Origin: Pirellulaceae bacterium
GTDB taxonomy: Bacteria > Planctomycetota > Planctomycetia > Pirellulales > Pirellulaceae
Reading direction: 5' to 3'
Length of the DNA: 64,000 bases
NCBI GenBank assembly: GCA_041399085.1
Contig: JAWKTM010000007.1
Location: forward strand, 87,822 to 151,821
Position numbers and translations under genes: made by a program. Below are positions 38,008-49,600 of this stretch, piece by piece. The first letter of the stretch is position 1. Every line of letters begins with the position of its first letter. The notes under the pieces are model-generated. The model had not been told where the DNA came from. It ran no database searches and saw nothing but the letters and a program-made list of their open reading frames with translations.

Positions 38008-41000
38008 CTATTCCCCTGCGGGCTTCCCTGTCGGCAACGGTTCGTTCTGGAAACGCTCGAGCTGCTGTTTGAGTTCCGTCGAACCGGGCGACAAGTCCAC
38101 CGCCCGCATGGCATGCGTCACTGCTTGCTCACGATCGCCGCGTTGGAAATGAACCTCGGCCAGCGTGTCGACATAACCGCCGCTCTTCGGCTCCAGTTCG
38201 ACCGCTTGCTCGGCGTGCCGCAGCGCTTCGTCCAGATGCCGATGGCTGCGAGCGTTGGCCCAAGCCAGATTGTTATGAGCATAAGCACACCGAGGATGTT
38301 GCTCGCAAATCGTCGTGTAATGCCTTCGGACACTTTCCAGAATTCGGTCCGTCCGATCGCGTTCTCCGGCCGCATCGAACAACGGAGCCAACTCCTCCAG
38401 CACCTTCGCATCGCCGGGAACCAGTTCGAGCGCCGCCATCGCCTCTCGCTCGGCCGTTGCCGCGTCGCCGGAATCGAGCGCCGCGCGAGCCGCCAAACGA
38501 TGCGTTTGAGCTGGCAAGCGAATGTAATAGCGATCATCCAACAAACGGAAGCTCGTGTGGAGATCAACCAACAAGTAATGTTCCCACAAATCGACACGCT
38601 CGGCCGCCGAGAGGGCTTTGTCATTTTCGGCCAGCCAACGATTGGCGTCGTGCCATTGAAAGCTGCCCATCGGAGCCGTGCGAAGCTGCGAGCGGAACAT
38701 GTCGAGCGCCGTGTCGTGCAAACCGGCCTGGTATAAGGCCACCGCCAAGTTGTGCATTGCCACCGCGTCGGCCGCCAGTGCCGTCGCGCGTCGCTTCAGC
38801 TCCGCGGCTCGCTCCGTTTCGCCGGCTCGCTCGCGCGCTTCGCCCGCCAAATACAGCCAGCCGAGTTGATCCCAGTTGGCTTGCCAGCCGGCCTCGTATC
38901 GCTCGGCGGCCTCGATCCAATCGCCTTCGTCGAATGCTCGTTTCGCCAGATCGATGGTCAGTTCTTCGAGCGATTGATTCGCGTGGTTGAATTCGTAGTG
39001 AGTGAACAACTCCGCGACCAAATCATGGCGCGATCGCTTCGCACACGTCTCCGACAATCCGAGCACGGTGGCGTTGCGTGTATACGGATGCATCGTCGCC
39101 AGTTCGTTCATCGACGCTCGGATCAGAGATTCAAATTGTTCGGGCGAATCCGAATCGTGCGGACTAAACAGACGCTCGATCAATTGAGCGATCACGGCCT
39201 CGGGCGCGGGAGTCACTCCGTCGCGAACCGCTTCGATTTGCCGCATCTCTTCCGGGAAGAATTGCCACCGGGCGTCGCCGAGCTGACGGAGAACGTGATA
39301 CCAGCCGCCCGCCTCTCGACTGCGTTGGGAAAACAGTTGCATGATGCCGAACGGTGGAACACTGTTGCCGAGATTCGATTTTCCAATCGCCCGCCAGCCA
39401 CGATCGCGTTCGCCCAGTCGAAACGCTTCTTGCGCGAGCTTCAACCAATACTGATGTTGGCCGTATTGGTAATGATTGTTCGCGGTGGTGTCGGACGGAG
39501 CGGCTTCGGCAATCGTCTCCAGCCAGTCCAACATCTTGAGCGCCTCGTCGCGATAACCGAGCAGATTTCGGAGCCGCACCACGCGCAAGGCGAACTCGAA
39601 ACGCCACAACGCCGCTTGCGCCTCGTCGTCCGCGCCGACCGGCAACGCGTCCAACCAAGCCTTGTCGATCTCGTTGCTTTCCGGCCAGTCGACCATTGCC
39701 AGCGCTTCGGCAAACTCCTTACGCTCGACCAACACATCGAACGCCCGCGCGGGCAGGGCTTTCTTCATCACGCGGAGCGCGGCTTGCGGACGGTCTTCCA
39801 GGAACAAAGCTTCGATGGCGTTGAACGCGCGGTCGCGGCCTTGCGGTTCAAGCATCGCCAGCCGCTCGATCTCGTCCAACGTCTTGCCCAATGCTTCCCG
39901 TTGACCAGCCAAACGCTCGTAGGCGGATCGAATTCCTAACGCCGGAATTTTGGCTTGATCCGGATGGCCCGCGGTACCGCGCGTCGGCAAAGCGATCGGA
40001 GCCGAAACGAAATCCGGCTCACTCATCAAATGCAAAGTTCCGGCCCAATCACGTTGTTCGATCAGCAGTCCGCTCCACAAGGTGAATTGCTTGTGTTGCT
40101 TGGCCAACGCCAGAGCTCCCGCCAAATCCCCCTTCGCGCGGCGAGCGATAATGAGCAGATTCACGTCGAGAGCCGGCAATTCTGGCTTCACTTCGTCGTC
40201 GCTAGAAGTCTTTCCATCGGGCTCACTGCCATCCGAATCCCCGTCTTCGGGAGCCTCGGCCGCTTGCTTCTCAAGCTGCTCGACACGTTCGTCGAACACT
40301 CCCGTGGCCAACCAGAACCTGACCAACGCATATCGTCCGTTGTCGTCGGTCGCTGCCGATTTCAGAATCGCTTCGGCCCGATCCCACTGGCTGTCGATCA
40401 CTTCCCGTCCGAACTGGCCACTAATCGCTCGTTGGATCAACGATTTATAGTTCTGCCGATTCTGTTCGTTCGGACTCAGCTCGGCCAACGCCAAGAGCGC
40501 ATCGGCATGACCCTGACTCAGCCACGCTTGGCGGAATCGCGCGTCACTCACGCGCGACGCGGCCTGCGTCGTCGTGTTGTCGTCGCCGATCGACTTGACG
40601 AACGATACTAGCCAATCGCAATGGTCGTGCTTCGCCAGCAATTCGGGTCCGGCACGGTACAACATCGGCTGAGTGATTGTCTGAAGCACCATCTGACGTT
40701 CGTTGTCGGGCGTGTCCTTGACGAGCTGTTCCAGCTCGTCCCACAGCTTGCCGGACTCCGCCAGGGACGTGAAAACCGGCACTGAACCGAGAAATCGAGA
40801 GCGCGGATACGTCCCAATTTTGCGCGACATTTCGAGCAGCATATCCTGGTGGCCCTGCTGCAAGAGATACATCAGCGCGGTTTCGTTTTGCGAGAGATTT
40901 TGGAAGAACTGATCTCGATTCGCGCCCGACACATCTCGCAGCGAAGCGACCAGTCGATCCAGGCCGCCATTGGCCTTCATCTGTTCGTGCAACTTGGGCA

Positions 41001-44000
41001 ACGACACCAGTTTGATGACCACCTGGGACTGCGCCGGCTCCTGACCACGCACGGCGTTCAGCAGGTCGTCGACGCGGTCGTGTTTTACCAGCCAATCCAA
41101 AACCTCCGCGTTGTTGGCGATGGCCTGAACGCGCTGCGCCCGCTGGCCTGCGTCCGGCTCGCTCAGCGCCGCGTCGAAGCACGCTCCGACGTGATTCTTC
41201 TCCACTAGGAAATTCAAAGCGGTCGACTTGTATAGCAACGCGGACAAGAGCTGCCGTCGGAAGTTGGCGTCTCCCTGCACTTGGCACAAGGCGTAGTAGT
41301 CATCCATGAGCTGGTGTTCGATCATCCGCTCAAGCGACCGCGGTTCCTGCAACGCCTGCAGATAATTCATTCGCGATTGATCGTGATCGATTTCCTTGGC
41401 CCAATCCAAAAGCTTGGGCAACTCCTTATCTCGCTCGAGCCGCTTCAGCACCATCTCCGATCGCACGAACTGCGACAACATCTGAGACCGCTGCCGTGCG
41501 TCCGATTCGTGGCTGATCCAATCGAGCAGCGGCTTGTACATGTCGTGCTTCATCAACGCGTCGATGCCATCCGAGCCGTTGAACAGATGCGTGCGGTAGC
41601 TCTGCCGTAGATTCGGGTCGTCGAACGATTCGCTCAGCTCAAACAGCAACGTCAACCTTTTCTTCTTCGCCAAGTATTCAATCACGGATGGCGTGGCGAC
41701 GAAGCGGCCCAAATACTGCGCCCGATTCGACGGTTGTTCGTTGTCTTGGATCAGCTTGAGCAAGCCATCAAAATGACCGGCGTCCAACAGGATCTGAACC
41801 ACGTTCGGTCGACCGCTGCCAAACGATTGAAACAGAACTTGCATGCCATAGCCGGCTTGGTCGGCGGCCAGCAACGCCATGAGTTGGTCCAATTGCTGTT
41901 TGTCGCGTAACCGTTCGATCGCCTTGCCGTTGTAGACCAAGCGTTGCACGGCCATGCCCGCCGAGTAGCGATCCTTCGTTTCGAGCAACGGTTGGCAGAT
42001 CTCCTTGAACTTGTCCTTGTCGATGATCGCTTCCATCAGCGGTTCGATGCCGAACGCCTGCTGATAGAAGTTGCGTTGATTCCCGGCGTCCAGCTTCCCC
42101 GGCAAGCTCACGATCAGCTCCAATTTGCCGTCCTTGAGCAAACGCTCGATGGCCTTCGGATTCACGGCGAAGCTGGCGAACAAGCGGGGGCGTTGGCTCT
42201 CATCCGGAAACTGCTCGGCCACACGGAAAAGCTGCTCGTACCGTCCATCCTCGATCAAGGCGTCGACGGCGGCCGACGATGAAAACAGCGATTGCAGATA
42301 CTGGCCGCGCGTGGCAACGTCCTGTTCCTGTTCGGCGAAAGCAAACAGATCCTCCAGACGCTTCTTCTGCTTGAGCACATTCACGAAGTCGGCGACGCGG
42401 ACCAGCATGCCCCAGCGGCGACCGCGATCCGCTTCGTCGCTGGCCTGGACGGCTTCGATCAACGCGTCGGCCTTGTCCTGCTTAATCAACAGGCTTACCG
42501 CCGCGAATTGAGACAGCAGCATGTCCATCAGCGGTTGTCGCTGGCCCGTGAACGGATCAGGCTTTTCCTCCGTGTCGTCCGCCTCGCGCTGTCGAGCGAC
42601 CTCGAACGCGTCGAGTATCGCTTGGTCGAAGTCCTTCAATTCCGTTCGATTGCCGTAGGCCGCTAACCGCAAGGCGGCGTACGCTCGCCAGCGCCGATCG
42701 GGATCGCTGACGATATGCTCCCACAATGCCACATAGGATTTGTCGTTGACGAAATACCGGTAGAACCCGCCGCCGGCCAACATCGAACCGATGTATTCGC
42801 GGCGCGTCGGCGCATCGAGATCGGCGAGCAGACTTCTCGCGAGCCCCTTGATCTTTTCGTCATTGCGATTCGACAGCAAATGCGACATGAACAGCCGGGC
42901 CACCAACCGGCCGCGCTGCGTCGGATTCTCTTCTTCCCGAAGAAATTCAACCAGCTTTTCCAACCCCGGATCGCGCATCACCGCGTCGATAAAGCCACTG
43001 TTTTGGAACAGCATCATGGCCAAGCGCAACTGGCCGTCGTCGTCCAATTTGTCCTGGCCGTATTTCCACAATTCGCGCCATTGCTTGTTCGACACGACGA
43101 TCGTCAACACTTGCTGGTTGCCGATCAGCCGCAACAGATTCTGCTCGCGTATGTTGGCCTGCGAGTGCTGTTCGGCCACGGCCAACAAGAACGGCAACTG
43201 CTTCTGCTGGACCAAAGCCGTGACCGTTTCGTTGGACGACAACAGAGCCATGGTTAATTGGTATCGCTGGTTGTCGTCCTTTTCGTTCTCCAGCACCTTG
43301 AGAATCTGATCCAGCTCCTTTCGCTCGGCTAACCGCAATATCATTTTCGGCGCGAACAACAGTTGCGTGGTCATCTGGCGACGCCAGTTTGCATCCTGAT
43401 CCGCGCCGACCGCATCGACCAACGCGGCAATGTTTTCCGACTCGATAAACTTGTCGACGACCATCGGATTGTTGATGACCGACGTCAGCAGCGCTCGGCG
43501 CGTGTTCGCGTCCGGTTCCTTCCGCAACAATCGCGCGGCCGCCGCCAATCGCTCGCGCTGCAGCAGTTGTTGCACGACGTCGACCCGAGTCTGAGCGTCG
43601 CCCGACCGATATTGAGCGATCAGTCCGATCACGTCGCGTGGCGTACCGGGTAGGATGCCGTAGCTGAAGTCTTCAAGAATTTGCCGAGCCCGCGAACGGA
43701 CTTCAGCGTCGCGCCGCGTGGCGGCTTCCTGCAAAGCGGGCTCGGCCGCCAAGCCGAATTTCCACAGCGCTCGCGAAGCGATTTCGCGCGTGGTGAATCG
43801 AGGATCGCCGAGCTGCTCGATCGCTTTGGCAATCGCCGCCGCCTTTGCTTCGTCGACCTCCGAAGCGGCCGGCGTTTGCGTCGCGTTCACTCTCGCATTG
43901 CCGTCGCCCGCTCCCGCTTCGCCCGCCGTTTGGCCGACGGAACCCCCGGCCAACAGCACCGCGACTACCCAAGTTGTAAGCATGTGATCGTCCTCGATTA

Positions 44001-44034
44001 GCACCCCACCGACTCTCTGGATCAATATACCCAA
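38008..44034 (-). CDS. Giant (2008-aa) secreted repeat protein: N-terminal HEAT-like region, ~13 tandem ~75-80-aa alpha-helical modules (QR..YL..LF.....DAL), C-terminal TPR-like repeats
   Basis: Signal peptide MLTTWVVAVLLAGGSVG; visibly periodic motif (RxxYLQSLFSS.AAVDALI..GRYE.LF); uninterrupted 6-kb ORF. Confidence 0.8.
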   Translation of the reverse strand: MGILIQRVGGVLIEDDHMLTTWVVAVLLAGGSVGQTAGEAGAGDGNARVNATQTPAASEVDEAKAAAIAKAIEQLGDPRFTTREIASRALWKFGLAAEPALQEAATRRDAEVRSRARQILEDFSYGILPGTPRDVIGLIAQYRSGDAQTRVDVVQQLLQRERLAAAARLLRKEPDANTRRALLTSVINNPMVVDKFIESENIAALVDAVGADQDANWRRQMTTQLLFAPKMILRLAERKELDQILKVLENEKDDNQRYQLTMALLSSNETVTALVQQKQLPFLLAVAEQHSQANIREQNLLRLIGNQQVLTIVVSNKQWRELWKYGQDKLDDDGQLRLAMMLFQNSGFIDAVMRDPGLEKLVEFLREEENPTQRGRLVARLFMSHLLSNRNDEKIKGLARSLLADLDAPTRREYIGSMLAGGGFYRYFVNDKSYVALWEHIVSDPDRRWRAYAALRLAAYGNRTELKDFDQAILDAFEVARQREADDTEEKPDPFTGQRQPLMDMLLSQFAAVSLLIKQDKADALIEAVQASDEADRGRRWGMLVRVADFVNVLKQKKRLEDLFAFAEQEQDVATRGQYLQSLFSSSAAVDALIEDGRYEQLFRVAEQFPDESQRPRLFASFAVNPKAIERLLKDGKLELIVSLPGKLDAGNQRNFYQQAFGIEPLMEAIIDKDKFKEICQPLLETKDRYSAGMAVQRLVYNGKAIERLRDKQQLDQLMALLAADQAGYGMQVLFQSFGSGRPNVVQILLDAGHFDGLLKLIQDNEQPSNRAQYLGRFVATPSVIEYLAKKKRLTLLFELSESFDDPNLRQSYRTHLFNGSDGIDALMKHDMYKPLLDWISHESDARQRSQMLSQFVRSEMVLKRLERDKELPKLLDWAKEIDHDQSRMNYLQALQEPRSLERMIEHQLMDDYYALCQVQGDANFRRQLLSALLYKSTALNFLVEKNHVGACFDAALSEPDAGQRAQRVQAIANNAEVLDWLVKHDRVDDLLNAVRGQEPAQSQVVIKLVSLPKLHEQMKANGGLDRLVASLRDVSGANRDQFFQNLSQNETALMYLLQQGHQDMLLEMSRKIGTYPRSRFLGSVPVFTSLAESGKLWDELEQLVKDTPDNERQMVLQTITQPMLYRAGPELLAKHDHCDWLVSFVKSIGDDNTTTQAASRVSDARFRQAWLSQGHADALLALAELSPNEQNRQNYKSLIQRAISGQFGREVIDSQWDRAEAILKSAATDDNGRYALVRFWLATGVFDERVEQLEKQAAEAPEDGDSDGSEPDGKTSSDDEVKPELPALDVNLLIIARRAKGDLAGALALAKQHKQFTLWSGLLIEQRDWAGTLHLMSEPDFVSAPIALPTRGTAGHPDQAKIPALGIRSAYERLAGQREALGKTLDEIERLAMLEPQGRDRAFNAIEALFLEDRPQAALRVMKKALPARAFDVLVERKEFAEALAMVDWPESNEIDKAWLDALPVGADDEAQAALWRFEFALRVVRLRNLLGYRDEALKMLDWLETIAEAAPSDTTANNHYQYGQHQYWLKLAQEAFRLGERDRGWRAIGKSNLGNSVPPFGIMQLFSQRSREAGGWYHVLRQLGDARWQFFPEEMRQIEAVRDGVTPAPEAVIAQLIERLFSPHDSDSPEQFESLIRASMNELATMHPYTRNATVLGLSETCAKRSRHDLVAELFTHYEFNHANQSLEELTIDLAKRAFDEGDWIEAAERYEAGWQANWDQLGWLYLAGEARERAGETERAAELKRRATALAADAVAMHNLAVALYQAGLHDTALDMFRSQLRTAPMGSFQWHDANRWLAENDKALSAAERVDLWEHYLLVDLHTSFRLLDDRYYIRLPAQTHRLAARAALDSGDAATAEREAMAALELVPGDAKVLEELAPLFDAAGERDRTDRILESVRRHYTTICEQHPRCAYAHNNLAWANARSHRHLDEALRHAEQAVELEPKSGGYVDTLAEVHFQRGDREQAVTHAMRAVDLSPGSTELKQQLERFQNEPLPTGKPAGE

Positions 44035-44064
44035 ACTTGAGGTGGATGGGGCAAGTCTCTTCCG

Positions 44065-46584
44065 CTAGTGATTCACCAAAAACTCTTTGGTGTTCAACAG
44101 CGCCCACATCAAGTCACGGAGTCCGGCCTTCGACGTGGCGGCTTCGCTCAGATACTTTCGAGCCGCCGCGATTTCTCGGTCGTTTGCCGGACGGCTGACC
44201 GTGCGTAGATAAGCGTCTTGAATGAGTGAATCGACGTCGGCGAGCGGGGCGTCGGTTTTCTTGTTCGCGAAGTTTTCAGCCAGCCAGCCGTCGCGGCGTT
44301 CAATCAATTTCGCCACCGCGTCGTCATTGCGAAAGTACAACGTCTGTTGCAGATTCGGGCTGTTTGACCGCTCGCAATCGCAATTCAGCTCGCGCTCGGG
44401 CTGCCCAAACAGGTTCGTGGCATAAGCCATTTCCTCGCGAGTGCCAGCGAACCCGCTGCTAGGGCCAATCGCTCGCTTCAACAGTTCGCTCCGCTCGTTG
44501 TTCAAAGCCAGTTGCGAAGCGTTGCTGGCCGTAGCCAGTGTCGCTGCGTCGTAGAGAACTTCGGCCGGCAAGCGACGCACGACGAAGCGGCTGTGGTTGC
44601 GTTCGTCGCGTTGGTTCGTGTCGTTCGGCCGCCAACTGCGTTGATAGGCGTCGCTGTTGACGATCTCGCGATGCAGCCAGCGAAGGTCGAACCCGCGCGA
44701 TACGAACTCGGAAGACAGATAGTCCAACAGCGGCGCGTTGCTCGGCGGATTGGCCAAGTTCATGTCGTCCGGCGGCTCGACCAATCCGGTTCCGAAATAG
44801 CTGGCCCAGACGCGATTAACAAGCGCACGAGCGAAGTACGGATTATCCGCTTCCCGCAGCCAATCCATCAGCGGCTGGCGCGGGTCGCCGTAGTCGTCGG
44901 TCAGCACTTCTTCATCACCCAACAAGCGCGGCGTGATTACGCGGCCCAAGCGCTTATTCGGTCGCCGCTTGGCCGACGACCGATTCGGCGAAGGACTCGG
45001 CACGCTGACTTCCTTGAACGGCGCGACTTCGCCGCGCTCGACCATCGCCACGAATCGGCGTTTGTAATTGCCAGAGTCTTCGTCCAGGCCCTTCAGCTCG
45101 GTCGACTCTTTCATCTCCAAGTAAGCCGACCGATCACGTGGGCCGTAACGCACGCCGACAAAGAACTCGGCGAACTGGTCGAAATCGTCTTTCGTCCATT
45201 GGTCGAACGGATGCTTATGACACTGAGCACATTCCAGCCTCACGCCCAGAAACGAGTAGGCAAAGGCCCGAGCCTTCTCGACCTCCGGGCCGAGCGAGCG
45301 GCGACTCCAGAAATGAGGCATCGTGGCTCGCGCGGCGAAATCGCTCGGCTGTTCCGCTCGAAAATACGAACTCATCTCGGCACAGAACTGGTCGAACGAC
45401 TGGTCGGGCTCGCGGCTCGTGGCGAGCACGATGCCGGCGACGATCTGGTCGTAGGGAACGTTATCGGCCAAGCGGCGTTCCAGCCACGCATGCCATTGTT
45501 CTGAGTAGCGTCGTCGCAAACCTTGTTCGCTCCCAACCGGCCCGTTCGACTCGGCGTTGCCAGTCCAGTCGCTCAGACGCGTGGCCCACCAAGCCGCATA
45601 CGTCGGTCGCTCCAGCAACTCGTCGATCTTCCGGCTCCGCTTGTTCGGCGAAGTGTCGGCCAGAAACTCGCGCACCTCCGCCGGCGTCGGCAGCGTGCCC
45701 GTGATGTCCAAACTCGCTCGACGCAAGAATTCGTGATCTTCGCAAATCGGCGACGGAACCACGCCGAGCTTACGAAGCTTCTCCACTACGAGTTCGTCCA
45801 CTCGCGTGTGCGCAGGCACGTCGGGATAAGCGTCACCCGTTTGATTGCTAAACGGTTGCAGCACCGGAACGGCCGCGACGCCGTTGTCGTAGAACGCGAC
45901 CACATGCGTATCGCCCGGGCCGACCGCGACCACGCGTCCATCGGCGTCGACCGTGGCGATGGAATCATCGTTGGTCTGAAATCGGCACAGCGGCGTCACG
46001 TCCTCGCGCGTGCCGTCCGACCAGACGGCGACGGCTCGCAACGATTCCGATTCGCCAGCGCGGCGAAACAACAACTCGGCGGGTTCGATTTCCAGCCGCA
46101 CGAGCTCCGCCGCTTGCTCGGCGATCGGCTGCGCGCCGTCTTCGATCCAGCGCGTGACGAGCCGCTGTTGCCAACCGGTGGAGGGCAATCGAAGTCCGCC
46201 TTCGTGGTCGGTCTCCAACGTCGGTTTTTGCAGCAGCAAACTCTTCCGAGGCCGGTGCCGGTCTATCCGCGAATAGTCGGCGTCGCCCACGATCGCTTGA
46301 TGATCGGAGGCGAAGTCGTATCCAAATAACGAGAGCGCGAAACCACCTTGTCCTTGAAACGAACCGTGACACGCTCGGCCGTTACAGCCGAGCCGCCCCA
46401 GCAGCGGAACGACGTGCCGCTGGAAATCCGGCGTTTCCGTCACATCGTCGGCCGCGAATCGCTCGGAAACCGGCGGCAACGTTTCGGCCGCCGAGGCGAA
46501 GGTTTTTGCACTGCCGATGGCGCCGCCACCGACAAAGACAAACAGCATCCACCCAATCGTTCGCAACCGAGGCAAGCGCGTCAT
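44065..46584 (-). CDS. PSCyt1/DUF1549/DUF1553 domain protein (planctomycete cytochrome-C-domain family)
   Basis: Signal peptide; CNGRACHG (PSCyt1); DUF1553 signature ECAQCHKHPFDQWTKDDF. Confidence 0.85.
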   Translation of the reverse strand: MTRLPRLRTIGWMLFVFVGGGAIGSAKTFASAAETLPPVSERFAADDVTETPDFQRHVVPLLGRLGCNGRACHGSFQGQGGFALSLFGYDFASDHQAIVGDADYSRIDRHRPRKSLLLQKPTLETDHEGGLRLPSTGWQQRLVTRWIEDGAQPIAEQAAELVRLEIEPAELLFRRAGESESLRAVAVWSDGTREDVTPLCRFQTNDDSIATVDADGRVVAVGPGDTHVVAFYDNGVAAVPVLQPFSNQTGDAYPDVPAHTRVDELVVEKLRKLGVVPSPICEDHEFLRRASLDITGTLPTPAEVREFLADTSPNKRSRKIDELLERPTYAAWWATRLSDWTGNAESNGPVGSEQGLRRRYSEQWHAWLERRLADNVPYDQIVAGIVLATSREPDQSFDQFCAEMSSYFRAEQPSDFAARATMPHFWSRRSLGPEVEKARAFAYSFLGVRLECAQCHKHPFDQWTKDDFDQFAEFFVGVRYGPRDRSAYLEMKESTELKGLDEDSGNYKRRFVAMVERGEVAPFKEVSVPSPSPNRSSAKRRPNKRLGRVITPRLLGDEEVLTDDYGDPRQPLMDWLREADNPYFARALVNRVWASYFGTGLVEPPDDMNLANPPSNAPLLDYLSSEFVSRGFDLRWLHREIVNSDAYQRSWRPNDTNQRDERNHSRFVVRRLPAEVLYDAATLATASNASQLALNNERSELLKRAIGPSSGFAGTREEMAYATNLFGQPERELNCDCERSNSPNLQQTLYFRNDDAVAKLIERRDGWLAENFANKKTDAPLADVDSLIQDAYLRTVSRPANDREIAAARKYLSEAATSKAGLRDLMWALLNTKEFLVNH

Positions 46585-46638
46585 TCGTTGGCTCCTTTGC
46601 GAACAGAATAGCGAATTCGCTGACTCGAAGTCGACTCG

Positions 46639-49600
46639 CTACTTGCCGGTCACAAACTGCGAGGAGCCGGCGCCGCCCGGCAACAACTCGACGCGCAGCG
46701 GCTGGCGGCGTTCGTTCTGATCCACGGCCAGCGTGAATGAATGCACGGCCTGGTCCAACGTCAGTCGCAACTCGGGCGTGATCGGTTGTGGCTTGCCGTC
46801 CACCCACAGCGAAAGTCCCGACGCCTCACCAAACTGCAACGCCACTTCGCCCGCGGTAGTCACGTCCAATTCGAATCGCACGAACGTCGTCGGCGCCAGT
46901 TGACGATGCGGTTGGAACGTAGGGAGATTATCGAGCGGCAAATCGCCGAAGACGCGACTGTACACCGGCTCCCAAACCAGCGCCGGGTCGTTCGTGGCGG
47001 CCGTGTCGAAGCTGGTTCGATTCAGCCGTCGATGCGCCTCTTCGGTCCAAGTCAACACTTGCCAGCGACGCACGACGGGCGTGTTGCTAATCGAATACGC
47101 GCCGACCTTACCTAACTCGGAAAGGAATCGCGTCAGATCAACCAACTCGTCGCGCGTGAGCGGATCGACTAGACCGTCGGGCATCAGCGAGCGTCCGTCG
47201 CGAATCTCGTCGATCTGGTTTTCCGGAATCGAAACCTCGCGATCTTCGGCGTCGCGCAGCACCAGTACGCCGCCGGCCTGCCGCACGGGAATTCCGTTGA
47301 AGATGCGGCCGTTGTCGTCCAGCACCATCTTGGAATGGAAGTTCTCTTTGACTTTGGCCGCGGGCGCGATCAGCGATTCGATCAGATAGTCGACCTGAGC
47401 GCTGCCGCCGATACTGGTCAAGTCCGGGCCGACTCGACCGCCCGCGCCGCCGATCGCGTGGCACTTCAAACACTGCTGCGACTTGCTTCGAAAGACGGCT
47501 TCGCCCCGAGCCGCGTCGCCGCGCTCGGCCACTTCCGCAACCAATTGAGCCGACAGTTCCGGCGTCAGCTTCCAACCGGCATCGGCCAAACCGCCGGCAG
47601 CTCGAACGGCTTCAACCAATTCGGGCGAAGGCCGCAGCGAACCTTGCACGGCCCGAACCGTTAGCTTCGCCACATCGGCTGGCAGCTTGTCTTGCGATTC
47701 GCCGAACGCCTTAACGAGAGCCGCCGGCCCGTCTTTACGCGCCATCAAGTTGGCCAGCAGCGGACTTGGGTCCGCGCCCTCGGGCAACTCGCGCAGCATC
47801 GCCACGGCTCGTTTTGCCGCCGCCTGCGGAGCGATGTTTGCCAAATTGTTGACCGCATGTTGCCGCTCGGAAAAGTCCGCTTGGGAATTGGCGACTGCCA
47901 ACAACGACTTGACGCTCTCCGGGCCGCCGAACGCCGCGATGCCATCCAAAGCCGCTCGACGCACATTGGCGGTGGCGTCGCTGGCCTGCGCGAGTTCGCT
48001 GACCGCCGCTCGCAACGATTCCACTTTCCAAGCTCCGGCCGCTCGCGCCGCGGCAGCCTGCACGCGCTCGTCATCGTGTTTCAAAAGTTGGCCAATGCGA
48101 GCCAAATCGCCGGCCGGTGTGACTTGCCGCAACCGCGTGGTTTCGACCAGCGCGTCTAGCAGCGACGCTTTCACCTCGGGCGAAAGCTGATTACCCGTGT
48201 CGACAACCATGTTCAAGACTTCGCCCAATTCGTTCGCGCCGCCTAGCGCCGCGATAACGGACAGAATTCCTGGAACACGATCGGCCGTGACTTTGCTTTC
48301 GCGAATCAACGCCAACAGTGGCGGCACAACGCCCGGCGCATCGACGGCCTTTAGCGCGAACGTGAGCCGGTCGACATCGCCATCAAAGTTCAGCCGCCCT
48401 TCGCGAACCGCCGGAAGCCAGTTCGCTTGCAAGTCGCGCATCGTTTGCCATAAGGCGAAATCGAGAAAGCGGTCCATCGGTTGATCGAGCGCGACCAGAG
48501 CCTGCGCGGCTGATTCGGCCGACGGCACTTCGGCCAACGCCCGCACGCCTTCCAAGCGAACACGCGGATGTTCGTCGCGCACGGCCGCGGCAAAGTACTC
48601 GTTGACGACGGGCGACTTCATCCTTGTTCGCCAATGCGAAGCCGTGCGGATCGCTGCCGCGCGAACTCGATGATCGGCCGACTTGACTAACTCGGCCAAC
48701 AACTCGGCGTTCGGCGAATCCAAGCATTCGTATAGCCACAACGCTTCCAGCCGCTGATGTTCGTAGTTCGGATCGGCCGCGTCGAGCGAACCCAACCAGG
48801 CAGCCAATCGCGGCAGCACCGCCTCCGCGCCGTGCTGTTTCAGCAACAGCTTGGCGTTCAACCGCGTCCAATCCTCCGACGCTTTCAACAGATTCAGCAG
48901 TTCGTCGATCGTGGCGTTCTCAGCGATCGCCGTTCGCAATGTCGGGCGGCCCTTTGCCGTCACTCGCCACACTCGGCCGTGTACGTGGTCGCGTCGTTCA
49001 TCACGAAAGTCAACTTCGCCGTGTTGAATGATCGGGTTGTACCAATCGGCAATGTAGATCGCGCCGTCGGTTCCCATCTTCACGTCGATCGGACGAAAGG
49101 CGACGTGCGACGACTTGATGACTTCTACCTCTTGCCGCGAAGCGTATCCCGAGCTGTCTTCGGTCACCACAAATCGGCAGACGCGATGCGCTCGGAAGTC
49201 GTTCGTAATCATGCTGCCTTGCCAATCGTCGGGCAGATGTCCGCCGCCGACAATTTCCAGCCCACAATGTTTCGGGCTGCCCGGATTCAAACCCGACATG
49301 ATCCGCGTCGCGCCGGGTGAAGTGACGAACACCGAACCGGGAAACACATAGTTGATGCCTTCGCCGTACGCTCCGTCGGTGGCGAACGATTGGCCCCAGC
49401 GATCGAAGTGATGGCCCCACGGATTCACGAACCCCTTGCAAACGATCTCCAACTCCAGCGTTTCGGGACGGAACCGCCAAATGCCGCCGCCGTTCAAACG
49501 CTTGACGCCCTGCGGCGTCTCGACATGGCTGTGAATGTAGATCGACTGATTCATGTAGATACAGCCGTCCGGTCCCCATCGCAGCGTGTGCAGCAAGTGA

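Noticed and set aside
44222-46329. Plus-strand ORFs inside the PSCyt1/DUF1553 gene
   Set aside because: Antisense to a strongly supported 839-aa gene.
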